From Vicugna vicugna (taxonomy: Eukaryota), in NCBI GenBank assembly GCA_013265495.1, contig MU057547.1, forward strand, positions 5,253-59,562: a DNA stretch of 54,310 bases, read 5' to 3'. Made by a program: the position numbers and the translations under genes. The notes under the pieces are model-generated. The model searched no databases and was not told where the DNA came from. It saw only the letters and a list, made by a program, of their open reading frames with translations. The stretch's first letter is position 1. Each line of letters starts with the position of its first letter. This document shows, piece by piece, positions 24,111 to 37,904 of the stretch.

Positions 24111-26824
24111 GGGCGCACCTCAGCTGAGGGCGGCAGGAGCAGGGTGCTCGTGGGGGGCCTCCTCCTACCTGTCAGGGCCTGCGGGGTCCTCATTCCCAGA
24201 GCAGGAGGCACCGTGGAGCTGGCCTTCTGGGTCTCTGTGTCCGACCTGAGCTTGGCGAGCTCTCCCCGACCTGACCGTCCCGTCAGCAGTCCTGGCTCTC
24301 AGGAGAGGCTGAGCTCCTCGAAGTCCCCGGCCACATATCACTGTTCTCTTTGTCCTTTGCATCTGCTGGAAGCAAGGTGAATGGTCATGGAATCACTGGA
24401 CAAAATCAGCTCCTGAGTCTCTGATGCCACACTGACTGACGAGCAGGGTTACTCTTGCAGAAGTCGGGGCCATGGGGAGACCCCGTGGGCTTCTTTCCTA
24501 CGGCCTGAGCCACGCCATGCTGGCTTCCCAGCATGCGCCACGTAGTGTACTTAAATCCGCTTTTCCTAGGGTGTCAATTTAACAGAGATATTCATCTTTA
24601 ACATAATGGTCAGTGACACTTACTAGAATGTTTTCCTGGCTGTGATAAGAGGGGAAAATTGTGAGCTAGAACCGTATTAATACTTTGCATATTTTATCTA
24701 ATTTAATCTTACGCAGATTGAGGGCTTTATTATTAGTCTCAATTTTCAGAACAGAAAACTTAGAGTTGAACGATCAGAGTAAGTGGTAGATACAGAGTTT
24801 AAATGTGGGCCTTCTTTTTCAGAAACTTCACTCTTGGCCCCAATGCCCTGGTATATGTGCCTCTTTTTTTCTCTTTCTTCTTTTTCTTTCATTCTGACTC
24901 ATTAATTGAAGTGTCAAGTTAGGATTTGAAAATCTGTACCAAGATAAGTTTAGCTTTAAACCTTCATAATTCTTATTTCTGGTATCTTCTTAAATTTTCA
25001 TTTTTTGTCATAATTCATTTGTATATTTGAAACGTAACACTTACATGAATGACATCACTGATGAAACACTATTGCTTTTATTTTAAACAGTGTGTCACTA
25101 ATGAAATACAATATACAAATTCTTCACATAATAACACAGTTATAAATGCCTTACACTGTGAATGTGTACGATCCGGGGGGACTCTGTCAGTTAAAAGCAG
25201 GACTAGGAGAGAACCATTGAGGGGGGCTGTCTCCGTGTTGACTCCGGTGCGGCGCTGACGCCATCACTTCAGGGGAGAGGTCACTGCAAAGACTGTAAAA
25301 TGAAGTGTCAGTACGTGTAGTTGGTAATACCACAGATGTGTATTTATTTACCTACCTTTGTCTCTGGGGCTAAGATTTCTACATTTCCAAAGTCATTTAT
25401 AAGGTAGTTGTGAAATCTTACCCATCTTATACCACATAGTTTTTTGTTGGGGGGGTAGCAGAGATCGACTGAAACAAATCTGCCTTGTGAGATGTCTCAT
25501 ACACTCAAATATTATTTAAATGTAATTTAAATGGTATAGACAGACACTAATGACATGTGTCCCTGTAACAGACTCATCTATGTAAAACATGTACATATGC
25601 GTTTATGTGTAAGTGTGTATCTCAGCGTGTGTGTGTGTGTGTGTTCCAGTTGGATGACCAATGACTAATGAAATTTCAGATGTTCTGAGATCAGACTTCA
25701 GGCAGAGATGGGAAGCACTGTGGAAACACTGTTGCCTGAACTGTCTTGGTGTGGGTTGCCCGTGAAATCCCCCCTCCCCCCAGAACTGTTGTACTTTGAG
25801 GGTGTGAACGTGCTGTTTCAGAAACACCCATGGTTGATAATCAGCCCTTTAACCCTCACTTTATTTTTGCAATGTCTCCAAAAGTATTATGTTCTGTCTC
25901 ACTTTATAATTGTGTCATAATTTTCCTACAGCTTAAAAACACTTTGTAGCAGCTGTTTAACATAAATTGCAGAACTCTTAAGGGAACCTGGGACAGAGCT
26001 GTGTCCAGTGGCCATCAGCAGTATCTCCTGCGATGATTATTTGAAAGTGTCATGTGTGCTGGCAGCTCTTCTCAGATGCGTGTTTCAGGGAGGTTTCACT
26101 GTCTCCGTGGCCGGGCACGGGGCGCCGGGCGGGTGGGTCGGTGCTGGCTGCGTGACGTCTGAATGTTGGTCTTAGGTTCCTCTTGAGTCCCCAGACTCCC
26201 CTGTCCCTGGTCAACCTCAGCTGGGTCACACACTAGGACCGTGGAGGACTGGACCTGACCTGGTTTCCTCTGCCCCACGATCCTTTGGCTCTGGGAGAAT
26301 TTATCACTGTAGATTTCCAAGTGAGTGAACAGACTGGACAGTTCATCTTAGGGTATAAACTTGTCCTGGCTACTTCATCTAGACAAAGCCTGGTTCTCAC
26401 CAGCTGTGACACCAGTGTCTCTATTCTGGGAACAGTGTTTATTCCCAAACTTACATTCTGTCTGTGTAAGATAGCACTTGGTCGGACAGTCCGTGTGAGA
26501 GATTTGTTATAAAATGTTACTAACCTATGAAAGCACAGACCTCTGAAGAGATGATTGGCCATGGTGAATCTGTCACATAGAGAGTAGACAGCATTAAATA
26601 TTTCCGCAAAACATATTAGTGCAGTTGTGAAATGCTCTCAATAAAATGATACACAGAAATGTGGATATAAAATTTAGCCTATAATATGATCTCAATATAA
26701 TCAAACATTTGTGAAGAAAAATCTGTTACTGTTAGCAGGTCTTTGATGTAGGATAATTTGATTTATTTGTCTTTTTATATTTCCTAATAATTCCACATCA
26801 CTGTACTCAGTAGGTGGGTTTCCC

Positions 26825-26960
26825 CTTGGTTAGGCATTTGGCAATGTTTGGTGACATTCTGTTTGTCATATCTTGGGGGAGATCACTGCTGGTACCACAT
26901 GGATAGAGACCAGGGATGCTGGCAGACAGTCTGCTCAAATTGTCAGTAATGCTGGGGGGA
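26825..26960. mobile_element. MER20-like DNA transposon fossil
   Basis: catttggcaatgtttggtgacatt...gtcata...atggatagagaccagggatgctg are hallmark MER20 motifs. Confidence 0.7.
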
Positions 26961-29331
26961 CAGGGGTGGGGGGCTGTGCTCTATGTTAGATACGTATCTT
27001 ATTTATAGTTAGGAAAAATAGGACATTAATACCAGAAGGAAAAGGCTTAAATGATAAGATACAGAAATCAATTTTTTTTTATGCAGACTACATTTAAAAA
27101 AAAACTATCAAATATTATTCACTTAAATACAAGACACTGTAGAGATGCAGCATTCACTTCTGGTCATCGCTGTAATTCACGGTCTGAGCTTCGGAATGTG
27201 AGCTTTGCCGGGTGGGAGCCTCGGGCTTGGCCTCCGTCATTGGAACCTGAATTTCCCCAATTGTGAGCGTTTCTGGAGTTTGTTTTCTTAATCCTCGGTT
27301 GGCTTATTTTTGGATCTAAATTGAAGCCTGAGCACAACCCATATTCAGTAAAGCTTTTGAGACAAAAGAAATTCGCCTGAATGAACACTTATGTGAAAAT
27401 ACTTTTATTTCTCATCCTGGCAAAATTCCTAAGATTTAATGAGGTGAAACCATTTTCAGAAAAAAAGCAAAAAAAGGAAGAGGTCTAGTGATGTGAGAAC
27501 ACAGAGGGAAAAGAGCTGCCAGGCCGAGTGCTCTGCGGGTCGGGGCCGGGTCGGATGGCTGCCTCCGAGATGCCCTCGACACAACCCGAAACAGGTCGTG
27601 TCCACATTATGATTATAGATTTTCATCTGGCTTCAGACCCAGAATAACCCAACACGATCGTGTCATTGTGAAGGGCATTAGTTATGAGTGATCGAGGTTC
27701 AGTTTTCCAGTGTGTTGATTTGTGCGCAAGCCCGCTTAGTTCCCGCTGTTCTGTGCGGATGGTGAGCCTTTCAAGCCCTCTGTCGTCTCCAAGGTGCTGT
27801 TTCCCCGTGGCATCTTCAGCATCAGCTCCACAGCTGTACCCTTTTTGAGCCCAAAGATGGTCACGTGGGTGGGGTCACCGCTGTGGTGGAAACTTACCAC
27901 ATCTCTTTGGATGGTGGCCCTGGTGGCTGTGCCACGTCAGAAAGCCCGAGACAACAGCAAAAGTACCTGCCTTCTGGCCTTCACTACAGTCCTCAGTGCT
28001 GGCTTTTCTCTGCATCCAACAGTCGACATTTTTGGGGAGGGTTGCAGTTGAGCATCACTTTCAGAAACATTACGAGGAGCCCATGACTCTTCCTAGAAAA
28101 TGAGGGAAACTGCAGGACATGCTCAGTAGTCACGAGAACCCGTCCAGAGCTGGTGCTGACCAGGGACACTCAGGGCAACCTCGGCCCTCGTGATGAGCAG
28201 CCTTGCTGGAGTACCTGTTCATGCCCCCAGTGGGCTGGCCTGTTCCGTTTTGTCATTAAGCCCCACACCACCCTCACCAGGTAGGTGGCTGTCACTTTTC
28301 CGTTAGTCACAACGCTCTCAGGTTCGGGCTGTCCCTCTGGAGTGACGCGGCTGAACGTGGTGAAGGCAGACTTGCAGTTCAAGGGCTCCGTCTCCCAGGC
28401 CCTGAGCACGTGCTCATTCTGGCTGCTGTTTACCCTTTGTGGAAACTCAAACCCTCTCTGTGCTTGGAACAGATGACAGGGAGATGTCCTTTAAAAATAA
28501 AAGTTACTAAAAAAGTGAGTTAAATCCTCAGCTGAAGTTTAAGAATTTGCGTGGAGGTATTTCATTTGAAAACTTAGTTTCCCAAAACTTGTAGTGCGCT
28601 ACAATTATTTTAAAAAGAGAGATTTAAAGAAGAGACCAAACAGTCAATGTTTGTTTAATTCTCTGGTGGCGTTACCTACCCTTAATCTCATCCTGGGCGA
28701 TTCAGTGCAGAACCTGCCAGCGTGCTTGCCCTAAGATGCTCCTCCCTTGTTATGACCCCATCTCAACTTCAGTGGGTGTCTTCTGTGGTTTTCCTTTCCT
28801 CCTTCATTTGGAGTCGGAGAGGTGGGAGTGCAAAAGGTTATTCATCACAATAAGGAAAAGTTTTTTTTAACTATCTGAAATTGTTGAATAAATAAATTAG
28901 TGTGTTTCTTTCCATAATTAAAATGTGCTACCTTCCCCTCTTGGTAAGTGGAGGGTATCAGGAAAGAGGTTAGGAGAGGGACTCGAAGACCCTCTGCTTG
29001 GCCTTTTGGGTGCCCGATGTTTGGAGGTGTCCAGTGGACCAGCCTCAGTGGGTGTGGAGGATGGAGCTGGGGTCGCTTCATCACGGAGCATCACGTGATG
29101 TGCACCGTTTCTCAGAGCTTATTAACGTGAACAGTGAAATCTGTTCTGTTTGCATAAAAGGCGATCCGTTTGGGGTGCCTTTACCAGGTGTTTAGGGTGG
29201 TAAAAACTGAATAAAGTCCAGTCAGTGGACTCGGCTTTGCACTTGTCGGTACCTGTGGCCCCACTTTTGTATTGTATGTTCACATTTACTAAAATACAGT
29301 CAGTGTGTTGTTATGATTCTTTCTCGAATCA

Positions 29332-29382
29332 AAGATTTAACATTTAGGCAAGATTTAACCTTTAGGCAAGATTTAATTAGGC
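29332..29382 (+). repeat. 18-bp tandem repeat, about 2.7 copies (AAGATTTAACMTTTAGGC)
   Basis: Read directly; gives DLTFRQDLTFRQDL in the ORF track. Confidence 0.85.
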
Positions 29383-29841
29383 GTGCATCTTTTTCAAGCT
29401 TCCCAGTGCATTTTGATGAATTTGTTAGTGAATTACGTGTGACTGATGTATATAAAATACATGTATATCATCTGGGCTTGTGCAGACCTCCCTGGTGTTC
29501 CCCCTGCTGCGGTAACTGGTTCATTTACTGTTGTCCTGGTGCAAATTGTAATTGGAAACTGGTAGATACTTCAATAAGCTGATTAGCTTCGGGTAACTAT
29601 TTGCATGTTATCCTGCACATTTGAAGTATTGAATTGCAATATTTCAGTGATGTGGCAGCCAAAACAGTTAAATTGTTGTAGTGAACAATGAATGACTTGC
29701 AATGAGAATGAACACATTTCTTGAAAGACTCTTCTATGACATGTAAACAGTGTGTTCCCGTTTGATAACTACTGTTTTTCTCTTGTTCCTTTTTTGTTTT
29801 TTATTTATTTATTTTTTATAATTTGCTGCTTGGCATTGTAG

Positions 29842-29850
29842 GAAGTGGAG
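29842..29850 (+). CDS. SPOCK3: 9-nt microexon encoding Glu-Val-Glu
   Basis: tgtag|GAAGTGGAG|gtttgt after a long U-rich tract. It supplies the EVE of the testican motif FRD-EVE-DDY; phase 0-0. Confidence 0.9.
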
Positions 29851-29955
29851 GTTTGTATTCAGCTTCTGTATTTCATATTTTATCTTAGATTTTATATGAA
29901 TCTCTACCTTTTAATTACTCACAATACACTCAAGTCATGTTATTTTTCTCTTTAG

Positions 29956-30001
29956 GATGATTATTTCCGCACTTGGAGTCCAGGAAAGACCTTTGAGCCA
30001 G
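29956..30001 (+). CDS. SPOCK3: Testican-3 coding exon, 46 nt (DDYFRTWSPGKTFEP plus 1 nt)
   Basis: Acceptor tttttctctttag, donor CAG|GTAAGA. The peptide matches testican-3 DDYFRTWSPGKPFDQ; phase 0 to 1. Confidence 0.96.
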
Positions 30002-30819
30002 GTAAGAACCTAATTATTTTAAAAAAAATTGTTTTACATGTTTACAGTTACTGTTCTTAAAAACATGATGTTGATTGTCTGGTTAGATTTTAAAATACTA
30101 AATAGGAGAGCTTAGATGAATGAAGAATTTCACACAATAGTAACTTTCATTTCAGAATAATACAGTTAGAAATAAATCAATTAGTTATCGTGACTGTCAA
30201 GCTGTCTCTCATTTCAGAGTCATGTCCTGGATTACTGACCTGCTGGGTCTTAGTGAGACCAGAAGGGAAGGTCTTGCAGGGGACACTGCGCACACAGTTC
30301 ATGGTCCTGGCACGCTCTCTTGAGACAGAGGCGCAGGGCACGCACACACGGGGGCAGGAGCGCTGCCCTGGCTGCAGAGAGGATGGAGACGCCAGTCTCA
30401 GCACGATCATAATTACCTCAGTAACTAAACAGATTTGTTTACCAAACCGTATACTATTAGAGCCAGACCCTTCCTTCCAAAGTTTGAAACAAAAGACATT
30501 TCTACTTTACACTGGCTACAGTCACCTCACAAAGGATGGTGCTCCATGAAGCAGTATCATTTAAAAGTTGGAATGGTTTTTAAAATGAGCCCTGATATCC
30601 AAACTTGTGACTTGATATTTGGGATGAATCCTGAACAGCCACCCTCTGAGTGAGAACCAGCCTGGATGGGCCTGGATGGGGACTGCAGTCAACCAGATGT
30701 GAGCCTTCAGTCACACCCTGTCCCCCCGTAACGTTACTTCCTTTGCTGTGTAACTCACATGCCTTCCCTGTTACCATCCAGTGCTAATTTGTGGTAGGTC
30801 GGGGAAAGGCACTGAGAGG

Positions 30820-33165
30820 CAGGCCGACCTTGGCTCTGGCTCCACACCCTGCCCTCTGCAGAGCTTGTGCGCTCACAGATGGAAGGTTCCTGGCAGCCCT
30901 GCATCCAGCACGTCTGTTGGTGTCATTTTTCGAGCTGCATGTCCTCATTTCCTGTCTTGTGTCCCATTTTGGTAATTCTTGCGTGATTTCAAACGTGTTG
31001 GTCTGTGATCAGTGATGTGACAATTGTGGTTGTTTTGGGCACCAGGGCCTGCACCCCTAGAAGACTGCGAAATTAGTACCGTGTGTGTGCTGACCACTCC
31101 ACCCACTGCCGTCCCCGTCTCTCCCTGTCCTCGGGCAGCAGGGAAACTAGGACAGTTAGTGACCCGCTGGTCTCCTCCGAGTGTCCAAGGGGAAGGACGG
31201 TCACATGTCTCTCTGCTCTAAATCGAGAGCTGGACGTGACTAAGCTCAATGAGGAAGGCACATCAAAAGCTGAGACAGGCCAAAAGCTGGGCCTCTTGAG
31301 CCAAACAGCCAAGTTGTGACAGCAAAGGAACGTTCTTGAAGGAAGTTAGATGTGTGGCTCCAGTGAACGCAGGAATGAGAAGAAAGCCAAACAGCCTTCT
31401 TGCTGATGCGGGGATGATTTAGGGGCTGGAGAGAAGACCCAGCCAGAAGCAGCACCCGCTTCGGACGAAGCCTCGCCTGGAGTCAGGCCCCAGTTCTGCT
31501 CGGTCTGTGCCTTCTGGGAGGCGAGGAAGTTGCAGGGAGAAAGGCTGAAGCTGGCAGCGGCTGGTCCATGAGGTTTAAGGGGAGGCGTCGTCTCCATGGC
31601 ACCGCAGTGCAGGTGGGGCAGCGGGTGCTGATGGAGAAGCTGCGGCCGGTTCTCCAGAAGGTCCAGCTCAGGTTGCGCTCGAAGGGCCCGCTGAACACAG
31701 AACTTTCTTACGTGGATGAAACAGCCTCTTTTGGAAGAGATGCCGCTGGGGATTTTCAGAGCTGGAGGCAAGTCAGTGCCTGGCATCAGAGCATCGAGAC
31801 AGGCTGACTCTCTCACTAGGGGCCAATGCAGCGGGCGACTTGGAGTTGAACTCAGTGCTCAGTTGCCATCTGAGCACCCTACGGCCCGTAGGTTTACGCT
31901 CAGCCTGCTCTGCCTGCGCTCTGTGCCTGGAATGGCAGGGCTGGATGGCAGCACATCTGTGTACAACACAGTTGCTGAATATTTTAAACCCACTGTTGAC
32001 ACCTACTACTCAGAAAAAAAATTCCTTTCAAAGTATCACTGCTCCTGGTCAGCCAGGAGCTCTGATGGAGACAGACAACGAGACCCACACTGTGTCTGTG
32101 CTCACACGGCACCCAGCCTGCAGCCCGTGGATCGAGGAGTCGTCCTGACTTCCACGTATTACTGTGTAAGAAGCACATTTTGTGAGGCTGTAGCTGCCAC
32201 AGACAGCGATGCTGCCGATGCATCTGGGCAAAGCCAACTGAAAACTTTCCAGCAAGGATCCACTGTTCTGGATGCTGCTCAGAACATTCATGATTCATGG
32301 AAAGAGATCAAAATATCCACATTAACAGGAGTTTGGCAGAAGTTGACTCCAGCCCTCATGGTTGACTTTGAGGGGCTGAAGCCTTCAGTGGAGGAAGGAA
32401 CTGCAGATGTGGTGGAAAATCAAGAGGACGAGAATTAGACATGCAGCCTGAAGATGGGACTGAATTGCTGCAAATTCACGATAAAACTCTAACAGGTGAG
32501 GAGCTGTTCTTACGGATGAGAGAGTGGCTCCTTGAGACAGACTCTACTTCTGGTGAAGACACTGTGAAGGTGTCTGGAATGACAAAGGATTTAGAACATG
32601 ACGCAGGCTTAGTTCGTAAAGCAGAAGCAGAGTTTGAGATGACTGACTGTAGTTTTGAAAGACGTTCTCCTGTGGGTAAAATGCTGTCAAGCACCATTGA
32701 GAGCTGCAGGGAAATCGTCCGTGAAAGGAAGAGTCAGTCGATGAGGCAGACTTCACTGTTGTCTCCTTTGTAAACAATTGCCACAGCCCCACCCCCCTCC
32801 CCAGCCTCCAGCAGCCACCACTGGATCAGTCAGCCATGGTCACCATCAAGGCAGGACCCTCCACCTGCAAAAGGCTTGAGTGTCTGAAAGCCCAGAGGAG
32901 AGTTCTTGATTTTTTTAGCAAAGAAATGCTTTTTCATTTCATGTGCATTGTTTTTTAGACATAACACTATTATACAGTTAATAGGCTATAGGATAGTGTA
33001 AACATAACTTTTGTACACTTCAAAATATTTTATATATAAAATATATTTTATATTTATATTCTCTAATTTTATATTTTATTTAAAAGATCGTGTGACTCAC
33101 TTTATTGCAACATTTGCTCTCTTGTGGTCTGGAGCCAAACCCACAATGTCTCTGAAGTCTGCCTG
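30820..33165 (+). mobile_element. Near full-length decayed Tigger1 (pogo/TcMar) DNA transposon
   Basis: Degenerate TIRs caggccgacctt ... gaagtctgcctg. Transposase fragments occur in several frames (KAETGQKLGLLSQT; YVDETA; NIHDSWKEIKISTLTGVWQKL; REIVRERKSQSMRQTSLLS), with frameshifts. Confidence 0.93.
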
Positions 33166-33534
33166 TGATAACGTGTGGACTGAGATATACTCGCAGGCTT
33201 TCTCTGGAACTGAATTTTTATGATAGAATCGTAAACCTTGAACAGTTGGCGTTGTCTGTGAGGTGGGTGTTAGCACGTAGAGCGTTGCAGGTGACGGATC
33301 CAGTTGCAAAAAGTCGCTTCGTCTTTTCTAATTTGTGTGGGTGTGGCTGTGCTGAACTGCAGTTTATCTCTTATTTAAAAAAAAAAAGATTCTTTGAGGG
33401 AGGCTTCCAAGTCTTGACGTACTGGTAAGACTGACTTATTTTAGTATTCAAAGGAGTTTTCAATGTAATGATGTGTCAAAAATACCATATTCATCAAGCA
33501 GAGAGTAGCTCATGGCATGATACTACCTAACGTG

Positions 33535-33718
33535 TGTGAGGTGGCCTGTATCCAGTCACTGTTCTGAGTGTTTGGTGTGTTAGTTCATTTAATCTTCACA
33601 GTCAGCCGCCTGGGGGCAGTGGAGTGCGGCATCGCCCCAGGTCACAGCTCCGCAGTGGGGCAGAGGCAGCACGTGGGTCCAGGCAGTGTGACCCCCGCAC
33701 CCCTTTCTGAGCCACTAC
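33535..33718 (-). mobile_element. MIR SINE fossil
   Basis: cactgttctgagtgttt...ttcatttaatcttcaca...ccaggtcacagct...ccaggcagtgtgac. Confidence 0.6.
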
Positions 33719-34886
33719 GTGGTACTGTCACTTGATGGTAGCGCTAAAATGAAATCATGGGGTGTAATTTTGTGAAGATTGTGCTTTAAAAATAAGTATC
33801 TTAGGATGTTAGAAATAGATTGAATGTTTGCTTTGTCTCTGTATTTAAAAGGAAACTTTGTAGACCGTCAGACCCTGGGTTTTGACTGATGGAACATAGA
33901 GTTGGTAAACATACATGGGAGAGTTTTGTTTTAAAAAAAAAGAAAAATGGGAAAAATTAGATTGAGATGCAAGTATTTTTTTCCTTCCCTTCCCTTCCCT
34001 TTTCTGTGTTGAGTCAAATTAACCAACCCATTTGTAGACCACAGTGAGGAGAGAGGCAAATGGAAAATCATCCCGTTCCTGTCTGGCTTGGAATGAAATG
34101 GTGTCGTCATTTGGATGGAATAGACTTGAAATAGGTTAATTTCTCACATTTCTTGTTCTTTCTGATGACAGAATCATTCATGAACTATCATTTTCAGAAT
34201 CTGATTGAGCAGCTGAACATAGAACAGAAGACTTTTATGAGTTTATAATGTTAATATGCTACGTTTTTCATTGGTTATGGACATCCACATCATTTCAGTA
34301 TAAATTGATTTTACCTAGTATCTTTTTTGGGGATCTTGTTTATTTCTGAAAAGAGCCAAGAAAAAGTTAGCTTAGCGTGACATTTTTATGATGATATTTG
34401 AACCATTTTTACCGTATTCATTTGAAATTATATTTTACTTCCATTTCTGTGATTCTCCACAAACTATAATGTTACTTAATACTTCATACGACTAATGGTG
34501 TGAGTTTTCATCACAACACTTCTCTTCACGTATGTGCATAAATACACCCACAGGTACACACACACAGATACATAGTTACACATGCACACGCACATTTGCA
34601 CCTGCAAGCTTACTTCTAGGTTAAAATCAACTGATTATGACATGTGGCTTATCTGCCTTCTGATTTTGTTATGACAAATTTTCCATCTCATGTGAGTTTC
34701 TTTCTATTAATCAGAACATTCCCACTTTTTCAACCACTAAAATAGTAATTGTTTTGGAAAAATATAATGGTTTTAAAGGAATTAAAATAAAACTACTTTG
34801 GTGATGGTAAATTTGCTTTAAAGTTAGAGAAAGCATACTTACGCCGTAAGTAAATTGCTTGGTGCTCTCTACTTAGAATTTTCAGA

Positions 34887-35022
34887 GGGGAGGGAGGGTA
34901 CAGCGGTAGAGCAGGTGCTCAGCATGCATGAGGTCCTGGGTTCAATCCTGGCACCTCCATTAAATAAATAAATGAATAAAAACCTAATGACCTCCCCCAA
35001 GACACAATTAATTAATTTAAAA
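34887..35022 (+). mobile_element. tRNA-derived SINE, camelid-type (Vic-1-like)
   Basis: ggggagggagggtacagcggtagagc...gaggtcctgggttcaatcc (A and B boxes), a (taaa)n tail and the aacctaatgacctccccc motif. Possible TSD agaatttt at 34875-34882 and 35023-35030. Confidence 0.8.
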
Positions 35023-37904
35023 AGAATTTTGTGCGCCGTTACTTCCGTTCATTAGTTGACACAGCATAAATTGACTGAAAGATAGTTTTATTGAGGACGG
35101 GCATCTTCTTGAACACGGCATAAAAGTTTTGTGTTTGCTGTGGGATGAACCCAGAGTGGTGGCGTGGATAGATTTTAAGTGACTTAATAAACGCTTTGAT
35201 AGATATGTCGTAGCTTTAAAAAAAATTCACTTTTTCCCCCTTTCACTACATTATTTCTGCCTTGTCTTTCGGTCACAGATTAATTTGGGTAATAGGTTGC
35301 TGGAATTTTTAGCCGTATTTCTTAAGAGGTGTGTGAAGAACCCATTTGTACTGAAGTGCTGGGTCTGTCAGGAGCACGTTTAAGGCAGAAGTCATTTTCT
35401 CCTGCATTTGACATCTAGGAGCCCCGAGGAGCCTGAGCTAATGTGCTGCTTCTCCGCTCTCACTCCCCAGACCAGCCTGGAGTGAGTGATAATCAGTCAG
35501 CTAGTCATAAGCGGGAATGAACTGATCAGAGATTCAGGCAGATCGGCTCCACGTGGCTGGGTGCTTCCCGCTGGTGCAGGTGTTGGGACGTGGAATTAGG
35601 GCGAGGTGTTTCCATCAGCACTGTGTGTCACAGCGGTTCCTGCTGGGCTTCCTTCCTGAATCTGGACCCTCGGAGAGGGCAGCCTGACTCCTCCTGGCTG
35701 CTTACGCTGTGTCTCAGTTCAGCACAGGTTCCTGCAGAGGCGGTGGCTGGGAACTGTTCTGGGACAGAAGTGTGTGCAGCCTGGTGTCTCCCGAGCCTTT
35801 CCTGCAGGGATCAGGGGCTGAGAGGACAGCCAGGCACATCTCCACTGTCTCTGTCTTTCTGGGAGCAGTTCTCAGAGTTTCCCAGATCCCTGTAATTTCT
35901 CTGCTCTGTGCAAAGCGTCTCCCACGCCCCGACAGACACAGCTCCATGTGTCCCTGCGGCTGGTCTCTGGCTACAGAGGAGGAGCTACTGAGACCCCGCA
36001 CCTGGCGCTTTGGTCCCTCAGCGAGCAGAGCTGGGGTCTCACAGCCACCGTTACCTCTGAAACTGAGGAGATTTGGCATTTGAGCAAACGCATCCCAGAA
36101 CTCATGTGTCCCTTCCTGAAGGGCATCCCTGTGTTCCTCAAGGTGCAGTGCGTGTGGGAGACAGTGAAGGTCCTGCCTCCCTCCCCGGGGCCCTAGCCTT
36201 CGTTGTTCAGGAGCGCTGGTTTTGGCGTGTTCGCAGACGGTGTTGCTGGTGGTCTGGTCAGCAGGTGGGGCTGCCCAGCTCCCAGCAGAGCATGGTGGTC
36301 CCTAATGCCACTCTGTCCAAGGGCTGAGGCCTTGGGGCACTTTTCTAGTGGAAAAATGGTGTTCCTGGAATTGAAATTCAAAGATGCTTTCAGCCATTTA
36401 AACATGTAGATTCTGAACTGGTATTTGATCAACTCACAAGGATCGATTTCAGACTTGTACCACTTTGGACAAATACGTGCTCAGTGTTCAGGGGCTACTC
36501 GCCACGTCACTTACGTCCTACATCAGTTACATCACCGGTGCTGGCAGCCTTGGCTCATGGGAGCCCTCTGGAAAACCTGCAAAAACCTGTATTCATCCTG
36601 GAGACCGACAGGGCGTCTATTCACTCTCTGTCAGAACATAGAGCTACTCAGAGCTTCTGGGTGAGAAACGTGTTTCCTCTTCACGGCCAATCCTGATTTC
36701 TTTGTACAAGGATGGTATTCAATTTGTTTTACTCCCAAATCTATAAAATACAGGAATCAAGACATTTAGATCCTTTTGTTCTTTGTCAAAGAGTGCGGCT
36801 TCTCCATGGAATAAGAAAGACTGGAAAAGCCTATGTTTTTAATTTATAAGATGTGGTCAAGATTAACGACACTCCATTTGGTCCCACAGGCGTGCGAGGA
36901 GGAAATTATGTTTATTCCTCTGCAGTGACTCTGTGTCACTAAACTGTGAATCAAGTTTATAGAGAAGGATGTTGATCGGATGCCCTTCAACGATAAATAA
37001 GAAGTGATATTTTTATCTCAGACCTTGTTACTCTAACAGGACTGTGAAGACTGAAAAAAAAACAGTAGAGATATATAGGAAATGACATTCTAGCAGGAAC
37101 TGCACTGGATGAAGGAGTGAGTTTCAGTCCTGCCTCGCGTGAGAATCAGTTAAGCGCTCGAAGTTCAGCTGCCAGGCTTGGTCCCCGAACTTTTGATTCA
37201 GTTTTTAGGGGCAGATTCTGGGCACTTCCTGCGTGTTTGTGTGTGTGTGTTTTATTTATTTATTTTTTAATGTGATAAAATATACACAACATAAAATTTA
37301 CCATTTTAACCATTTTGATCTGTACAGTCACATCGTCTGTTACAGCCCCAGTGTTTCTCCTCATCTGCCCCTGCGGGTGGGTTCCCCTCTTGCCAGGAGC
37401 TCAGGGGGTGGATTCAGAGCCCGAGTCAGGAGGGGAGTGACCTGAGTGGGGGGTCTCATTGGACGTGCAGGGCGTTTGACAAACACCCGAGGAGGCTGGA
37501 CAGCGTTGCTGTGGAATCTGTGATCTGGCTGATTAAAACGAACCACAGTGGATGTCTTTGCTTTCTCCTCTATTTTTAGAGTGACCAGGAGTCAACTCAG
37601 GGAGGAGCCAGCCAAGCAGCAGTGGTTTCAGATTCCTGACCCAGTGGTCTGTCCTGGAAGCTGCATCGTTTATAAGCCTGTGTTTTCACCCAGGTTACCC
37701 CTTGGTAACGGTCCAGTCCTTTCAGGCAGTAAGGATGAAATAGAGGACCAGATCCAAACTCATCCAGGGAGGAACAAACATTCAAGGTGACCCCTGAGGC
37801 TAAAACTGAAAATCCTGGGGCAGTTTGAGTCTCTCAGGCCTCTGGTTGTTGACATAACAGGGTAACAGGACCACGTCCCTCTGCTCAGGATAATGTTTTT
37901 TAAA

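Noticed and set aside
29602..29607. TGCATG RBFOX motif upstream of the microexon
   Set aside because: A single hexamer about 235 nt away is not distinguishable from chance without conservation or CLIP data.
31716..32773. 240-aa and 110-aa ORFs as a domesticated transposase (TIGD-like)
   Set aside because: Transposase similarity is split across frames with frameshifts and deletions, as in a decayed Tigger1.
34887..34960. tRNA gene
   Set aside because: The A/B boxes belong to a SINE head with an AT-rich tail; no complete cloverleaf.
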